Source of the DNA: Nitrospirales bacterium
GTDB taxonomy: Bacteria; Nitrospirota; Nitrospiria; Nitrospirales; UBA8639
Reading direction: 5' to 3'
DNA: 64,000 nt
NCBI GenBank assembly: GCA_965203295.1
Contig: CBDBCZ010000015.1
Location: 256,001 to 320,000, forward strand
Part shown: one piece after another, positions 24,245-37,110 of the stretch
Position numbering within the stretch: the first letter of the stretch is position 1
How the letters are laid out: each line of letters begins with the position of its first letter
Notes under the pieces: generated by a model
Told to the model about the DNA's origin: nothing
The model's input: only the letters and a program-made list of their open reading frames with translations
The model's database searches: none
Translations under genes and position numbers: made by a program

Positions 24245-27200
24245 CTAGTAAGACGTGCGTGTATGAAATTGTTCAAAACAGTGTCCCTGACACAGAAACA
24301 CATCACACTTAGGGCAGAAGTTTTGCGTTTTGACATCTTTTTGTTTTCCGTATTTCCGACGACATACAACGCACCTTGATCTTTTTTTACTTTTGTATGC
24401 AAAGTGCTTGCCGGTCAGTCGCTTCTCAGTAGTTGCTGGCTTTCTAGATCTACCCTTATAGTCGGTGGGCAGCTTGGGTTAGCTTTGAGATTCAAGAGAG
24501 GCTGCACTAGCTCTTCGGCTAGCTTTAGCCGAAAGGACCTCTGTGACTTTATGGCTGAATTGGGGTTGTTCTGGCGAAAAAGGATCCACGCATTTATAAT
24601 GCAAATGTCCACCAACCTCCAAAAAACCTTCTTCCACCATTTGAGTGTACGCCGAGTACTCATGGAGTAGTAACTCAGATGTTGGTCCATTAGATCTACG
24701 CCACCCATGTATGCGTTATATTCGGAAATGATGGTGGGACAGGGAATGGGCTGTTTTTTGCGGCTTCCTTTAGGATGCTTCAGAACTACTGTGGCGGAGG
24801 TATTATGCATTGTACTCAATGCAAGCACATCTCTACGATCAAACCACCACACAGCTGTCAGTCGACCTTCACTAGCGGTACCAAAACGCATGTTGCCTGG
24901 CACAGTGCTCCCACTAGGTTTCAAATCTGGGGGAAAGCCTTTGCGATTCGGTCGCACCGTCCCAGCGCTGTATGTTCCACGTTCCAGTAGATCGAGGAGA
25001 AGTCTTGGCCCTGTGTAGAAGTTGTCAATAAATAGGCAATGGCCTTTTCCTTGGAGTGGTTCCATAAGTTCCATGACAACTCTGTAGCTCAGTCCTTTCT
25101 CTATGGTACCTTCATGGGCACCAGTGTATATTTCAAACTTCAGAACATACCCAGTTTTTGCCTCAGAGTTTACCCAAATCTTTATCCTGAGTCGAGTGGG
25201 TTTCTTCGGCATGAACTGCAAAAAAGCAATACGACATCGTGTCCCTACCATCATTTCATCTATGCTGAGTTGACGCAACGGTTGGTAGTACTGTTGAAAC
25301 ACAGCAGACAAATGGTCAATCAAAGGTCTAACCTTGAACAGGGGGTCGTACCCCTGCTCACCCTGTTTTTTCTGCTTGGTAGAGTCTGCTAAGTGCAGAA
25401 ATCTTAAGATAGAAAGGAAACGATCTCGAGACATGATGGAAGGAAACCAAGGGGTTGCTAAAATGTTGTTTGTAGCCCAGTAATCACGAATTTGGGGAAG
25501 CCGAACATTCCCATTGCGATGTTTACTCCTATGAAAGCTTGCAATTCCTCAATACAGAAGACGAAGGTTACACCTTTTTGGGATGCAAACAGTATCGTCT
25601 GTTGAACGATCGATTCTAGAATGACAACCGTAAGGAAAAGCTCCAATATTTGCAGGGGACTCACAGCATCTTTAGTCCGAGGTGAAGGGCCAGTGGGATA
25701 GAAAAAGGGAGGTAGCTGTCGTGGAGCTGGTTTCTTCTTTGCAGTAGAGATGAGTTTCCCAAGTGACCACTTCAACTCTCTATCACTGTCCCTGTTAGCA
25801 AAAAAAAGTTTGCTAAAAGGGTCACACAAGAACAAACATTCCTTAGTATGTCTCATTTTTCAAACCACCCCTTTTATTACAGAATCTGACTTATGTGACC
25901 CTTTTAGCAAAATTTGACCGTTTGGGACTGTTTTACACTAGCAGTTGGCATAAATACTTTGCTTATGCAGAACTGCAACTGTTAGGTTAGGTGGAATTCA
26001 TCTCAATTGACAGAAAATCCAAATGGTCAATTTTCCCTGAAAAGGTGACAAAATTAGGTGATGGTATACCTAGCAGACTCTTGAACACAGCTGCTTGTAC
26101 CACGGTTGCTTCTAGCTCCACCTCGACCACGCCCAACACCACGCCCTCGTCCACGCTGACCACCTCGACCTCGACTACGACGACCTCGACCACCTCCACC
26201 GCAGCCACCACCACGGCTATGATCACGGCTACTTCCACCTCTTCGAGCATGGCTACTTTTGTCACTTTGAAGTCGTCTCCTTTTGGGTGGCGGAATGTCA
26301 TCATCCGAGGTTTCAGGCTCAGTAGTAGTGCCACATCCAATACTTCCACCACATCCAAACACAGAACTTATTTCAGAAGCAGCACTCGAATCTTCACCTA
26401 AAAAGAAATTGGTATATGAATGGAAATACACATTTGAAGATTCATATTGAAACCAGAAGCGCATCAAGCCGGCGAGGGAGCACGCAAGTAGTATAGACGG
26501 CGAAATTCAAACACGGCAACCGGATGCTAATTTTAGTAACCACCAAATATGGAATATATACACACGTGGGTACGTAAGTCGGTGAGCGGCAGCTTTGCAG
26601 GCCGACTACGGAGAGCGTTGGATGGTGATACAGCTAACGCAGGCCCCGAGCACAACGACACTGATGGGAAGGTTAGTTGTAAGCCTTTGTAAGAGTCATT
26701 GAGCATGAGTACGGCAGTACTTGGACTCACTTGTTGGAAGATTGGTCTGTCTCCCATACGCTTTCGCTTCGGAGAACTAGTCATCTCGCTCGAGTATGCC
26801 GACTCACCACTTCATTTTTATCCACTTTGTGGCTTTCTCTGTTAGCTACTTTTTCCTGCTGTTGCATCATAAAAATCAATATACGGATACTACTTTTTTT
26901 AGAATAATTATGACTGCCATGTTTGAATTTTATCGTCTATGTATTGCACGTGCGTAGTTGCATGCTCCCTCGTCGGCTTGATGCGCTCCTGTTGAAACTT
27001 ATCAGCCTTGTTCCCAGGCTCAACAACCCAGTGTTTTCTTTGCTTTTTGGGCTGGGAGCCTGGGCTCTTTGGTACATCACATGACGTCACGTACTTGATA
27101 TAGTTATTCTAAATCAATTTACTCATGATGTATAGCAGTACTTCACTGTGTGTGTTGCTGTAAAGTCAGAGTCGAATCAGAGTGAAGACTAGCTGTTGTG

Positions 27201-28566
27201 GGCTGAAACAAATATTGTCAAGGAAACTGACTTACTAGTGGTGGGCCTTACCACCTGGCGTCAAGGTAAACAGCTAGCACAGCCCAGCATCTAGCTACAC
27301 ATGTACCACCAACTCAATATACCGCATATACATCGGGTACCTAGACTACCATATACACCCTGCTAGCTGTTTACCTTGGCACTGGGTGGTATTCGGCTTG
27401 ACAACCAGTTTCTATGCATGGTAGCACTACCCAATCCAGATAAATTCAAGGACTACTGCTAGTTGAAACCTTCCTTGACTTAACAGTCTTCATCTCTGAT
27501 TCGACTCTGACTTTACAGCAGCACATACAGTGAAGTACTGATTTACATCATCAGTAATTTGTTTTAGCAAAACCACATATGCTTCGTCACATACATAAAG
27601 TTCTATGATGTACCTGGCTCCCAGCCTACGTTCTTCCAATGTGCAAAAAAGCTGGGCTGTGGAACCTGGGGACAAGGCTAAATATAGGCACAACTGCAAA
27701 TTTAGTCAATGGTCAAGAGTCAAAGCCGCTCAAAAGCTAGGGTGTACTCAGTGGTCAAAGTGTGCTCTATAAAATATGGTCAACAGCAGATCATAATGCG
27801 GAACGGATGGGCACATGCACAAGCAACAGTCTACAGCTTGAAGATCACTCGAGAAGGATGGATATTTTTTTTCAGCTGCAGTGTTCAATTGGTAAGCTTT
27901 ACAATCAATGGGTCTAGTAGAGCAGTCACAGGTCAATGGCCAAAAAAATCAGCATTATCAACAGCCAAACCACTACACAGCTTTGACACATGGTCGCAGT
28001 TGTGACTATGCAGTCTATAGGAGTGACTACCCATTGTCTAAAGTAGGCACTGCCTACTGCACATGCGCAATAGCTAATTAATTTAGCAAGCGCATGTTCA
28101 GAAAAGTCGGCAAGAAGGGATTTGAGCTTTGTGTCCAGCTACATCCATAAGCTACTATATCGTTGAAAAATGGAAAGGCAAAATTATAGGCGTATAAGCT
28201 CCCATTTTTCAGTCATTTATATAACTACACGAGTAAACACACACACGCGCGCATGCACGCACCTTCAAATTCATCGTCAATGAAATCTTTGTCCAAAAAG
28301 AGAAGCGAAGTCCTTTCAGCCGGATCAAGAGCCGTAGCATTCTTCAAAAACGCCGACGGATCAGCGCTAAATGCCGTTTCCAGGGCTTATTGCAGTCTCT
28401 CCGCGTCGTCTTCTTCGGATGTTGACAGCGACTCTGTAGTGATCTCGTACAAATCATTGGCATCGGAGTCAGAACTACTATGATCACTGGCAACGGAGTC
28501 AGAGATATACTGACTGCTACTTTCGACCACACTCACTTCCTTGAAGGAAACGCGTGAACCAGCCAT
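24245..28566 (-). pseudogene. Intron-containing piggyBac transposase, inactivated (copy A); exons 28566-28263, 26397-26070, 25791-24245
   Basis: DDD motifs SIDEMM, FIDNFYT, MGGVDLMD; C-terminal Cys-rich domain CVVC...FCPKCDVFLCQGHCFEQFH; GT/AG junctions join in frame; stop in exon 1, frameshifts at ~25503 and ~24460. Confidence 0.92.
27125..27550. repeat. Nested inverted repeat (foldback) within piggyBac intron 1 (paralog ~53790-54220)
   Basis: CAGTACTTCACTGTGTGTGTTGCTGTAAAGTCAGAGTCGAATCAGAG vs its near reverse complement at ~27493-27540; inner IR AAGGTAAACAGCTAGCA/TGCTAGCTGTTTACCTT. Confidence 0.75.
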
Positions 28567-28903
28567 TCTATTCTAGGCAAAGAAGCACGAGGATTCCAGC
28601 GCATGCGAGTAAACAATAATTATGCGCATAGTATTAATACGCTTACACACTCCGCACGCCGTACGCAAGTCTAACTGGCGGGACTTTTGAAACTAAACAG
28701 CGTGTACTTTTAAATAATATAGCAGTAAAAGATTGGAAGTGGGCTATTTTGATCCCCTTTAGGTTTTCATGAGTTATTAATTAAGGTGTGACACCAATGT
28801 ATTCCAGGAAAAATACTACCCACATGTGCTAAGTAAAACACAATGTCTATGTGCATATCTTCATTGACTAAACCAACTCATCAAATAGAGGTAGTAATGT
28901 GCT

Positions 28904-28967
28904 TAGCCTCCGACCCAGGCTCTCATCCAGCTTTTTGTTACATGCAGAGAGCCTGGGTCCAAGACTA
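28904..28967. mobile_element. TAGCCT-type hairpin MITE, degenerate
   Basis: TAGCCTCCGACCCAGGCTCTC ... GAGAGCCTGGGTCCAAGACTA; GTAATG repeated in the flanks. Confidence 0.6.
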
Positions 28968-29865
28968 GTAATGCATGGTGCTAGTAGAGCACTGCCAGCT
29001 CAAATTGAGCACGAAGTCTTATCTTTTGCCTCATCTACCTCATTCTGTATTTGTTCTGTGATATACCCAGCATTACACACTAGGTTGTCCATCAAGGTGA
29101 TTGGAAATCCCGCACACCTTAAACGATTTCACAACAGCGACCACGTCTACACTTGCGCATACTTAGATACTTACAATTGAGACAGCTACATACTTAGATG
29201 TAAGCTACTTACTTAGATGTAAGCTTGCAAATATGAAGTATATTAAATTATCGCAGAAGGCAGAACAATATTTTCTAGCAACCAGGAAGCATGCACTAGC
29301 TCCTTTACTGTTTTTAGTTCATGTTTGGAAAAGTCAAATTAGTAGAAGAGCTGTTTTCAGGCTGTTTCAATTGCTTGGGGGAGTTGGATTTGAGTAGGTA
29401 CAAAAGTTATGCGTGTTGCATTGTGAATATGCGTGCTGCGAGGGAAGAGGTCTAGATATGCAGTTCCTCCTTCTAAACTATCAGCCATATATCTTAGCGG
29501 TTGATAGACGGAGCACATATAGAGAAACCTTGACTGCAAGATCAAAAGGGGTTGCAAGAAAGCCTACAACAGCATATACATTGGGCCTTATATACTTCCA
29601 TGATTGTCTAAACACTGTGATAGTACTTTCACACATCTGATATAGATACGAGACTAGCTCTTCTCATTATCCTCTATGACTGAACTGTGTATAGTAACAT
29701 TACAGCTGTATTTCTCAGTGTAAAAATACACATAGAGGGAAATGTTTACTACAATTAGTTAAATCTGCCCATGCATGCAGTGTAGCATAATTTAGTTAAT
29801 GGTATCGAATATCTAAGAAGTTTCTCTGTGTAAAGTGATCAGTAATTTTCTACTTAACCTGGTAG

Positions 29866-32800
29866 GTGAACACTGATGGATACATACATTTTGCTACAGA
29901 AGAGATCTTCATTGCACCATTCTTAGTGAATGTGGATGCAAGGGGAACTGGAACCGTGTTCTACAGACAGACCAATTATGTTCCCCTCACGACTAGATTT
30001 GCACAGTACTTTGAGAGCATTAGTGACTTTTCTCCTGCTTCCCTCTTTATTGCTACCTGGGATGGTGTCGGCTCCTACAATAGCAACACACACTCAGTAA
30101 GTCAGCAGCTAAACAAGAATTGTGAATCACTTTATATAGCTAGTATGGACTAAGGCACAAACAACTTATCTTAAATTGATAGAGTGGACACAATGAAAAT
30201 AGTGGTATAAAAGGCTAGCTTACATTTGGTGCTCCTCCCTCATTGTAGACAAACACATTTCAGTGTGTGCTGGCAACAGACGGTGTGATCTCAGTTGTTG
30301 TGTTCTTGTATGCTGACATGCAGTGGGCAATGGCTGATTCACAAAATCGTGGCTCAGGGTCTGGAGGGAGTGGACTCAGCGATGTGAATGATTTTGCTGC
30401 AGTTGGATTTAGTAATGGAATAGAGTTTGATGTTATTTCTGGCTCTTATACGGAGGAAATTTTATACATTAATTCGACAAGCAACATTGCAGTGCCAGGG
30501 ATGTGGACATTTCGAGTGGATGGCATCAATATTGAAATTGGAGGTACATGTATGATATTGCTTCCTTGCCAAAAATTGCTTGGTCAGAAGTGTTCATATA
30601 ATGTCTGTATATTATGTTGATATTACGTACAGGATGTTATTAGTAAGTGTGCATGGACAACTGAAGAAGAAAGCAAGGCTGATATATACGTATAACAGTA
30701 TGTGAAAGTATAGCAGTTAAGAACACAAGTAGAGTGAACTAGCATTGTAAATAAGTTAGTTTCCTGTCTTAGGCAAGCTTATCAACCCACTAGTCTTTCT
30801 ATTTCCATGCAGCATGGATTCGAATGAGAATGTAACCACCGGTTGAAATACTTCATTTCCTTGAGTATATTCTGTGCAGTGATTGTAAAATTGGCTTCTA
30901 ACACACCTGATTAAAAGAGATTGTCTTACTTTATTTTGTTCTGTTTGCCTTAAATTGTCCTTTTACTCATGATCAGGAAACCTGCACTTGTATTAGTTGA
31001 TTAGTATGTTAGTACCTACGATTGTGGTACGTATGTCCATGTTCTTTCATGAATTGCTGTGGCAAAAGATGTTCTCTGCATTAAAGTATACGTACATATC
31101 ATATGTACGTATATTCAAGCTTTTATATATGTAGTGGTAGTGAAATAATTACTACGTATGTATCCCAAGCAACAAGGGACCATACAATGGTACATTCACT
31201 CTGCACAAGAGTACATATTAAGCTATTCCTATAACTGCTACTTTATCTGCTTGCAGATGTTGATGAATGTGCAGACAGTAATGGAGGGTGTACTCAGTTT
31301 TGTAGCAATTCTGTTGGTAGCTTCCTCTGCTCCGGCCTGCCTGGCTATCTTCTGGACACTGATGGACTCACTTGCAATGGTATGTCCGCAGGCTGCCATG
31401 TACATACGTACATTAAATCTTTCAGAAATATGATCATACGTACATATCTAAAAACTAGCTTCCTATTTTTAACTCTTACATTAGCTATCTGTTGTTTCTG
31501 TCTATATAGATTGTGTCAAATGATTACACCATTACCTGTGTGATATACTACTGGGGTTTTGAAAACAAGATAATTGAATACTTTACAGCAAATTGATATA
31601 GATAAGTGTATGAGTGCATTGGACAGCTGCAATGACCACACAGAATCTATATAGAGACGCTGATGGAAAAGATTGCTGTATCTGTTTTGGTGGTCATGAG
31701 GGAGATGGTTACAACTGTAAAACAAACCAATATGGAAGCATTTAACAATCTGGCTTCAATACCCCTACATAAATGTCCAGGAAAGCTAATACCTCTACTT
31801 TGTTTGCATATTTTGTCTCCCAGATTGCAAGAAAACAAAATTAGTGTTCTGTGGGGATATTACATTATGTAGAGTTTACAATCGCTCGACAGTAGATATA
31901 AAAAAATGGCTTGACTTACTTTAAGTCATTCTTAATCATGTTTACTATGCTTCTTGAAAGTTTCAACTAGCTGGACTCAACTATGCACTCTCTTGTGATG
32001 TAACATGTAGCTTCATCAGGAGCTGTATTCATGGCTGTGAAGGAGTGGCACTAATTGCATAAGAATGTTTCCCATTATGATAATTATGCTGATTAGTGGG
32101 GTGGGCACATTTTCTCATGTATCTATCCATATTTCAGAAGATTGCAGCAGCAGTCTTCAGTGCCTCTAATGAAGCTATATCAGTCTGTATTCTCTACTGC
32201 ATTTCACTCCATACAGACATCAATGAATGTGTAAGAGGCACTGATAACTGTGACATAAATGCAATCTGCTCAGACACTGAAGGAAGCTTTAATTGTACTT
32301 GTATCACTGGATGTGAGGGCAGTACTAGTGCTGCTTGAAAGTAACAATCTAATTGTTCTATCCTTACACACACAGAACAACACTAGACAGTAGACTACTA
32401 CTTAGCTATCTTTGTTGAGTTGAATTGTTGAGAATGTAGAAACCCTCTTGAAATGTGGTACAGCAAAGACATCAAATTGCAAATCCATCTCAGTACACAA
32501 GCATATATATGCCCCAGAAATTCAGGGCTGCTAGGTCAAATTCTATCGCTTCTGTGCCAAAAAATGGTTCGATGGTCAACCTACAAAAACTTGATTTTTC
32601 CAAACCAATATATCCTGACACCAACAACTGATACATTGATACAAGCTCAACAAGAAACCATACATGAGCTGGTGCAAGAGTATAGGTAGCTTGGCTCATA
32701 AACAGACAAGGACATACTACATGTAGTTACTAGCTATTTGTACTGTGACCATCACTTTCCTACAGGTCCCCGTGTTAATGCAGGCTTCACTACATGCTGT

Positions 32801-32891
32801 GACCCTGTGAATGAAAGAATGGCTGTTACTGTGATCATAGATTTAGAGATTGCTGTTTTGAAATACAAGCTACGTATCAATTGCTTTCCTG
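29866..32891 (+). pseudogene. NIDO-domain + calcium-binding EGF extracellular protein gene fragment (copy A); exons 29866-30096, 30249-30543, 31257-31379, ~31595-31720 (decayed), 32217-~32340, 32766-32891
   Basis: VNTDG, IAPF, FIATW, TNTFQCVLATDG, SNIAVPGMWTFRVD (NIDO); DVDEC...GSFLC and DINEC...GSFNC (cbEGF); canonical splice sites with compatible phases; lost cysteines and stops in EGF exons; no signal-peptide exon found. Confidence 0.88.
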
Positions 32892-34974
32892 GTGAGTTGT
32901 ACATAATGTGTCTGGACATGTGGTTGTTCAGATTTTATGTAAGCACTTAATAATCAAAGCATATGGTAGTATTCCATTTGTAAGGATACCACAGAGAATT
33001 TGGACGCTGCATGTAACGTGTAAAAAATGGTGTGTTGAAAAGTCTGCTCTATTTTTCAGCCAAACTTGTCATTCTTGAGTGTTTTCATCTGTAACAAGAG
33101 TATTGTAATGTTGCTAGAGAGCATTCCTCAAGTACCTGTTTGACATGCCCGAAGTGAATTTGCTCACTCATGTGATTGCTCAATTTATAAGGGTGGTATG
33201 GTGGCAAGACCCTAAATCGTATCTACCTCGGTCTATATACCAGCTGTTGGCAGGCCTACAGAGCTGTCTGTGAAAAGTGATGTACTGACATTTTTTGACC
33301 ACAAGGATATATGATTTATTCTATTCATGGCACATGTGAGATGTTTTATTGTGAATTTCACGAAAGCTGATGTTCATCACACTGCTGTAATAACATCGGA
33401 GAAGTTCTCATCTCAAGCCATCAGTAATTCCTTCCCTATGCCAAGTTTAGCATCCATAAGCACTTCACCTTCTCCTATTTTGATCTCATTTTGCAAGTAT
33501 TAACTTCTTCTCCTAGCCACTATCAGTTCTTCCAGTGTAGTTTCATCTGCAGCTGACAGCAATCCCTCCCTCTTTGCAATATTCAGCCCATCACCACTTC
33601 TGGTTCACGAGTATGCATCAAAGGCTAATGTGCTGCTAAGTTCGGGTGTCCAAAATACATGACAGGTATTTGTGGTCCAAGTACAAACGTTTCCATATGC
33701 ATGTGCTCTTGAAGTATTACGTGGTATATTATAACTCATATGTGATATGTACAGTTTAAAAGCCAGTTGAGTGTGAACACTGATAATTGTAGACATTGAT
33801 CAATTCTGAAAACTATAAGAGAGAATTATTTTTACTTTGTGCAATGATACCAAGCCACAAAATAACATTCTTATATCCATTATTCAGGTACGGCTTATAT
33901 CCTCTATTTGTGAATATGGCTGGTGGGATTACGATGTGACTAGCTACAATTACCAATGCTGAAGAACATGGCAATCTTGGTGTGCTGAAAGGAGTGTTGA
34001 GTCTATATATAGTGCAAGTTACTGCTAAGGATTCCAGTGTGGGGTCAGGTGCCTATATATGATATTGTTGTGCCATGGAGTGTGTGTGGTTGGCAAGATA
34101 TTGATGTAGGGATGGTAGCTAATTTGTGAACGTTCTGTGGTGTCATTTCTACCTTGTTTGGTTACTTTATTAAGGATTTATCCCTACATGCTCTTTCAAA
34201 ACTTATTCCTGCTATTTTTTGGAGGAAATGCCCATTGTGTATTACGGTTGTGTGGGCTAATGAGTTGTTGTAAAGTGGAGCATATGTGCGGTTCAGTACA
34301 GCGAGTGTCTGGGTTTGTTGGGACGAATCTCCAGTAGAGTAAGTGAGAGGGTGTCCGGACAGTAGGGTTTGTCCAGAAGTGTGATAAATCTCATTCCTAC
34401 GGTTTTCTGCCTGCGCTTGTATGCATAGCAAGTAGACAACAGTAGTTTGTGATACATAACAAAGGCAGACAGAAAAGGCCCAGAGAATGAGGTAACCCCA
34501 CCATCTGGACACCCCCTCATTTACATTTACCCTACTTCTACCCGGTAATCCCATTAGAACCTACGTACTTACAGATGAGTGACTGGGTGAATCTTTCTTG
34601 TATGCTGACACCAGTTGAAATCTGGCTACACAAGAATATGCGTATCATTATTTTTTTCAACAGCACCTCTGGCCAGAAGTCGTTTGGACTAGTACTTGTG
34701 CCAACCAAATATAATCAGCCACATGAGTAAGTGTATTCCAGCTAAACTTCATGTAGCAGCTCAAGCCCTAGTGGGCACAATCCAAGTGTATTATTTGCCC
34801 TTGACCGTTACTTAATTGTCCTCGTGCAATCCCGTAATCACTGCAAACTGGTATCTAAATAACTTAGTTTCTACACTTTGCCGTACTTTACAATACAGTA
34901 GTGAAGTGTGGGCTTGTAAGAAATGGCAGACAACTTCCCTCCTTAAAATCTATTCAGCTAGGAGCAGCTAAAAA

Positions 34975-35370
34975 ATAAGTAATGATCTCAATGAAGAGTT
35001 AGAAAGACAGAGGGGTATAAATGATGATAGGCAGTGTGAGTCATGTGGAATGAATGTGGGAATGTAGTACACGTGCTTTGGGAATGTCCTTTGTATGATA
35101 GCTTACCATTGCGGGGACGGGGTGAGATTGAAGTTTAGTGCACTTAATTATTTTAACAGAACAGGCTTTATTTCAGGGTGTTAGAATTGTGATAGGTATA
35201 CTTTAGTAACAGTTTTATAAATAATCTGGGAAGAATAATTATACGGTGATCAGGATGGTGCAACATGTATATAGTTGCTGTCCTCTGTCTTCAGATCCTA
35301 TAAGCTGAGCCTACATATGTGGGTGTGTGGTCAATGGCGTAAGCTCTATGACAGCAGTACGAGTTTATTA
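34975..35370 (+). mobile_element. Degenerate LINE 3' end fragment
   Basis: GATGATAGGCAGTGTGAG...GTAGTACACGTGCTTTGGGAATGTCC and tail GTGTGTGGTCAATGGCGTAAG shared with 22400-22790. Confidence 0.75.
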
Positions 35371-36967
35371 TTGTGACGTATTTATCAGTGCACAACAGCT
35401 GCCTTAGTTCTATGAAGTGTGTGATGAGAAATTTAGCTTATAATTCCCTAATGGATGTAGAGCCAGACTTCATACCTCAGTATCTGATAGCCTAAGGTTC
35501 ATTCATGCAATTATTACGTTACTACAAGCAAATTCAACACCAAAGAAATCTTGCCTAAAGATGCCAGGTTTTTTGGAAATCTAGTTGCATGTCAATACTT
35601 TAATCTTTTATAGTTTGTCTGTCCATCTGTCATGGATGGCGAGAATGCATATAGTAGTCCTTACCACCACCCAAGTACAAAGTACAGTGGGTGAGCAGAG
35701 CTGTAGATATAAGTGTGATATACAACAAATTCTGAATCATGACCTGGGCATGGCTATGTAGGGTGTATTCATGACTCAACTTTATAGCAACAAACTATGC
35801 AATGGATCAGGGGCCATAGGAGCAGATGCTTCAGCCACCAGTCCAATGCTCAGTGCACCAACCAAAAAGAAATATTCAGATCGAGGTGCAAAATGAACGA
35901 TATCACACACATGGTGTAAGCTGAATACAGTGAATAAAGCAGCCAGTCGTATTACCAACATGGCTGTGCCACACTTCCTGTTTCAACCAATCATAGTGTT
36001 TAGTTTTCCAAAGTGACAGTTTGGTTCGAAGGGTGATGCACGATCGCTACGTGCGATATGCACTTATGTGCATCCTTAGGTGACAATACATACATACACA
36101 GCCTGAGAAAGAAGCGTGTTTGCATCATTGAAGTAATTATTGTGCTAAACTGGCTGAAGAGAAAAAAGTTAACAGTTGAGTATAGGTCATACAGGAGTAC
36201 ATCTTGAGTATATAGTGTTCTGAAGATATGATTTTATGTGTGTTATATGAAGTGGCCATTATTTCCCTGTGCCATCCCTACGTATGGAGTACTACCATAC
36301 TCCATGATATACAGCCTACGTGCCTAACTATATGTAAAAATACTTTCGACAAAATTCATGGAGCCATCGTTTCACTTCACAACCTTTGTCAGTGCCAGTG
36401 GTATTTTCGTTTGCGTTACTGCCATTTACTGTGCAATAATGTTGTGATGACAACCCAACAAATATTGTCATAATTCGATTTGATTGTGCCATTACTGACT
36501 CTTAGTGCTGCCATATTTCCTATTATAACATACTTGATAATCAGTTCCAGGGGTGTGAAACAATTCATACGCATGAAAAATCAATAGTAGTAACATTTCC
36601 ATTCATTTTTGAAGCGCTCAGCAGAAGCTCAGAGGCTTAAATAGAGCCAATAAAAGCAAATGACAGGAATATCAGCCCCATACAGCTGCATACGTGTATG
36701 TATGTACTTTACTGGGCTGCGAGATTTAGAAAGGACGGTGTTAATTGGTCATCTTTATCTCTATCAACACATCTGTTACCGGTAATTTACTATATCCGGC
36801 CAAGAACCCCGTTTTAGGTACGTATTTTCCTTACTGAAATGAGCACAAACCATACCTCCTATTTCCTTCCTGTGGCACACGGGTGGGTGTAATGCAGCAA
36901 TTCAGTTCCACCTGCTGCTGTAGAACTTTATAATTTGATTTTAGATCTGGATCCCTCCTTTGCATAG

Positions 36968-37110
36968 GTGGAAAAAAGTGTCCATCATGTAACCAACATT
37001 TGGTTCATGACAAATGGAATCTCTCCCCGCGTCTGGCAGAAGATAGGTGGGCTCATCAGGAAGCCAGAAAGAGAGAAATTGCTGAAGTTGCTGACTTTTT
37101 AGGATTTTAA
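36968..37110 (+). pseudogene. Terminal exon of an unidentified protein with a CxxC (RING-like) C-terminus; decayed upstream exon ~36735-36817
   Basis: Acceptor TTTGCATAG then open frame GGKKCPSCNQHLVHDKWNLSPRLAEDRWAHQEARKREIAEVADFLGF*; upstream ERTVLIGHLY... ending at a GTACGT donor is disrupted. Confidence 0.6.

Noticed and set aside
25991..26401. Thr/Ser-rich mucin-like ORF (+) and Val/Glu-rich ORF (-)
   Set aside because: Shadow frames of the GRGRG-rich piggyBac exon 2
26533..26870. 83-aa ORF with PKRKR inside piggyBac intron 1
   Set aside because: No family match, and copy B's ORF is shortened by an in-frame stop; not needed for the in-frame splice model
28735..28785. Candidate piggyBac terminus (..GGTTTTCATGAGTTATTAA)
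   Set aside because: No matching TIR or TTAA found at the other end, so element boundaries are not called
34293..34450. KRRQKTVGMRFITLLDKPYCPDTLSLTLLEIRPNKPRHSLY, faintly like a tyrosine-recombinase 'CPV...RP...LF' segment
   Set aside because: No catalytic R-HxxR-Y motifs visible; the similarity is too weak to call without an HMM search
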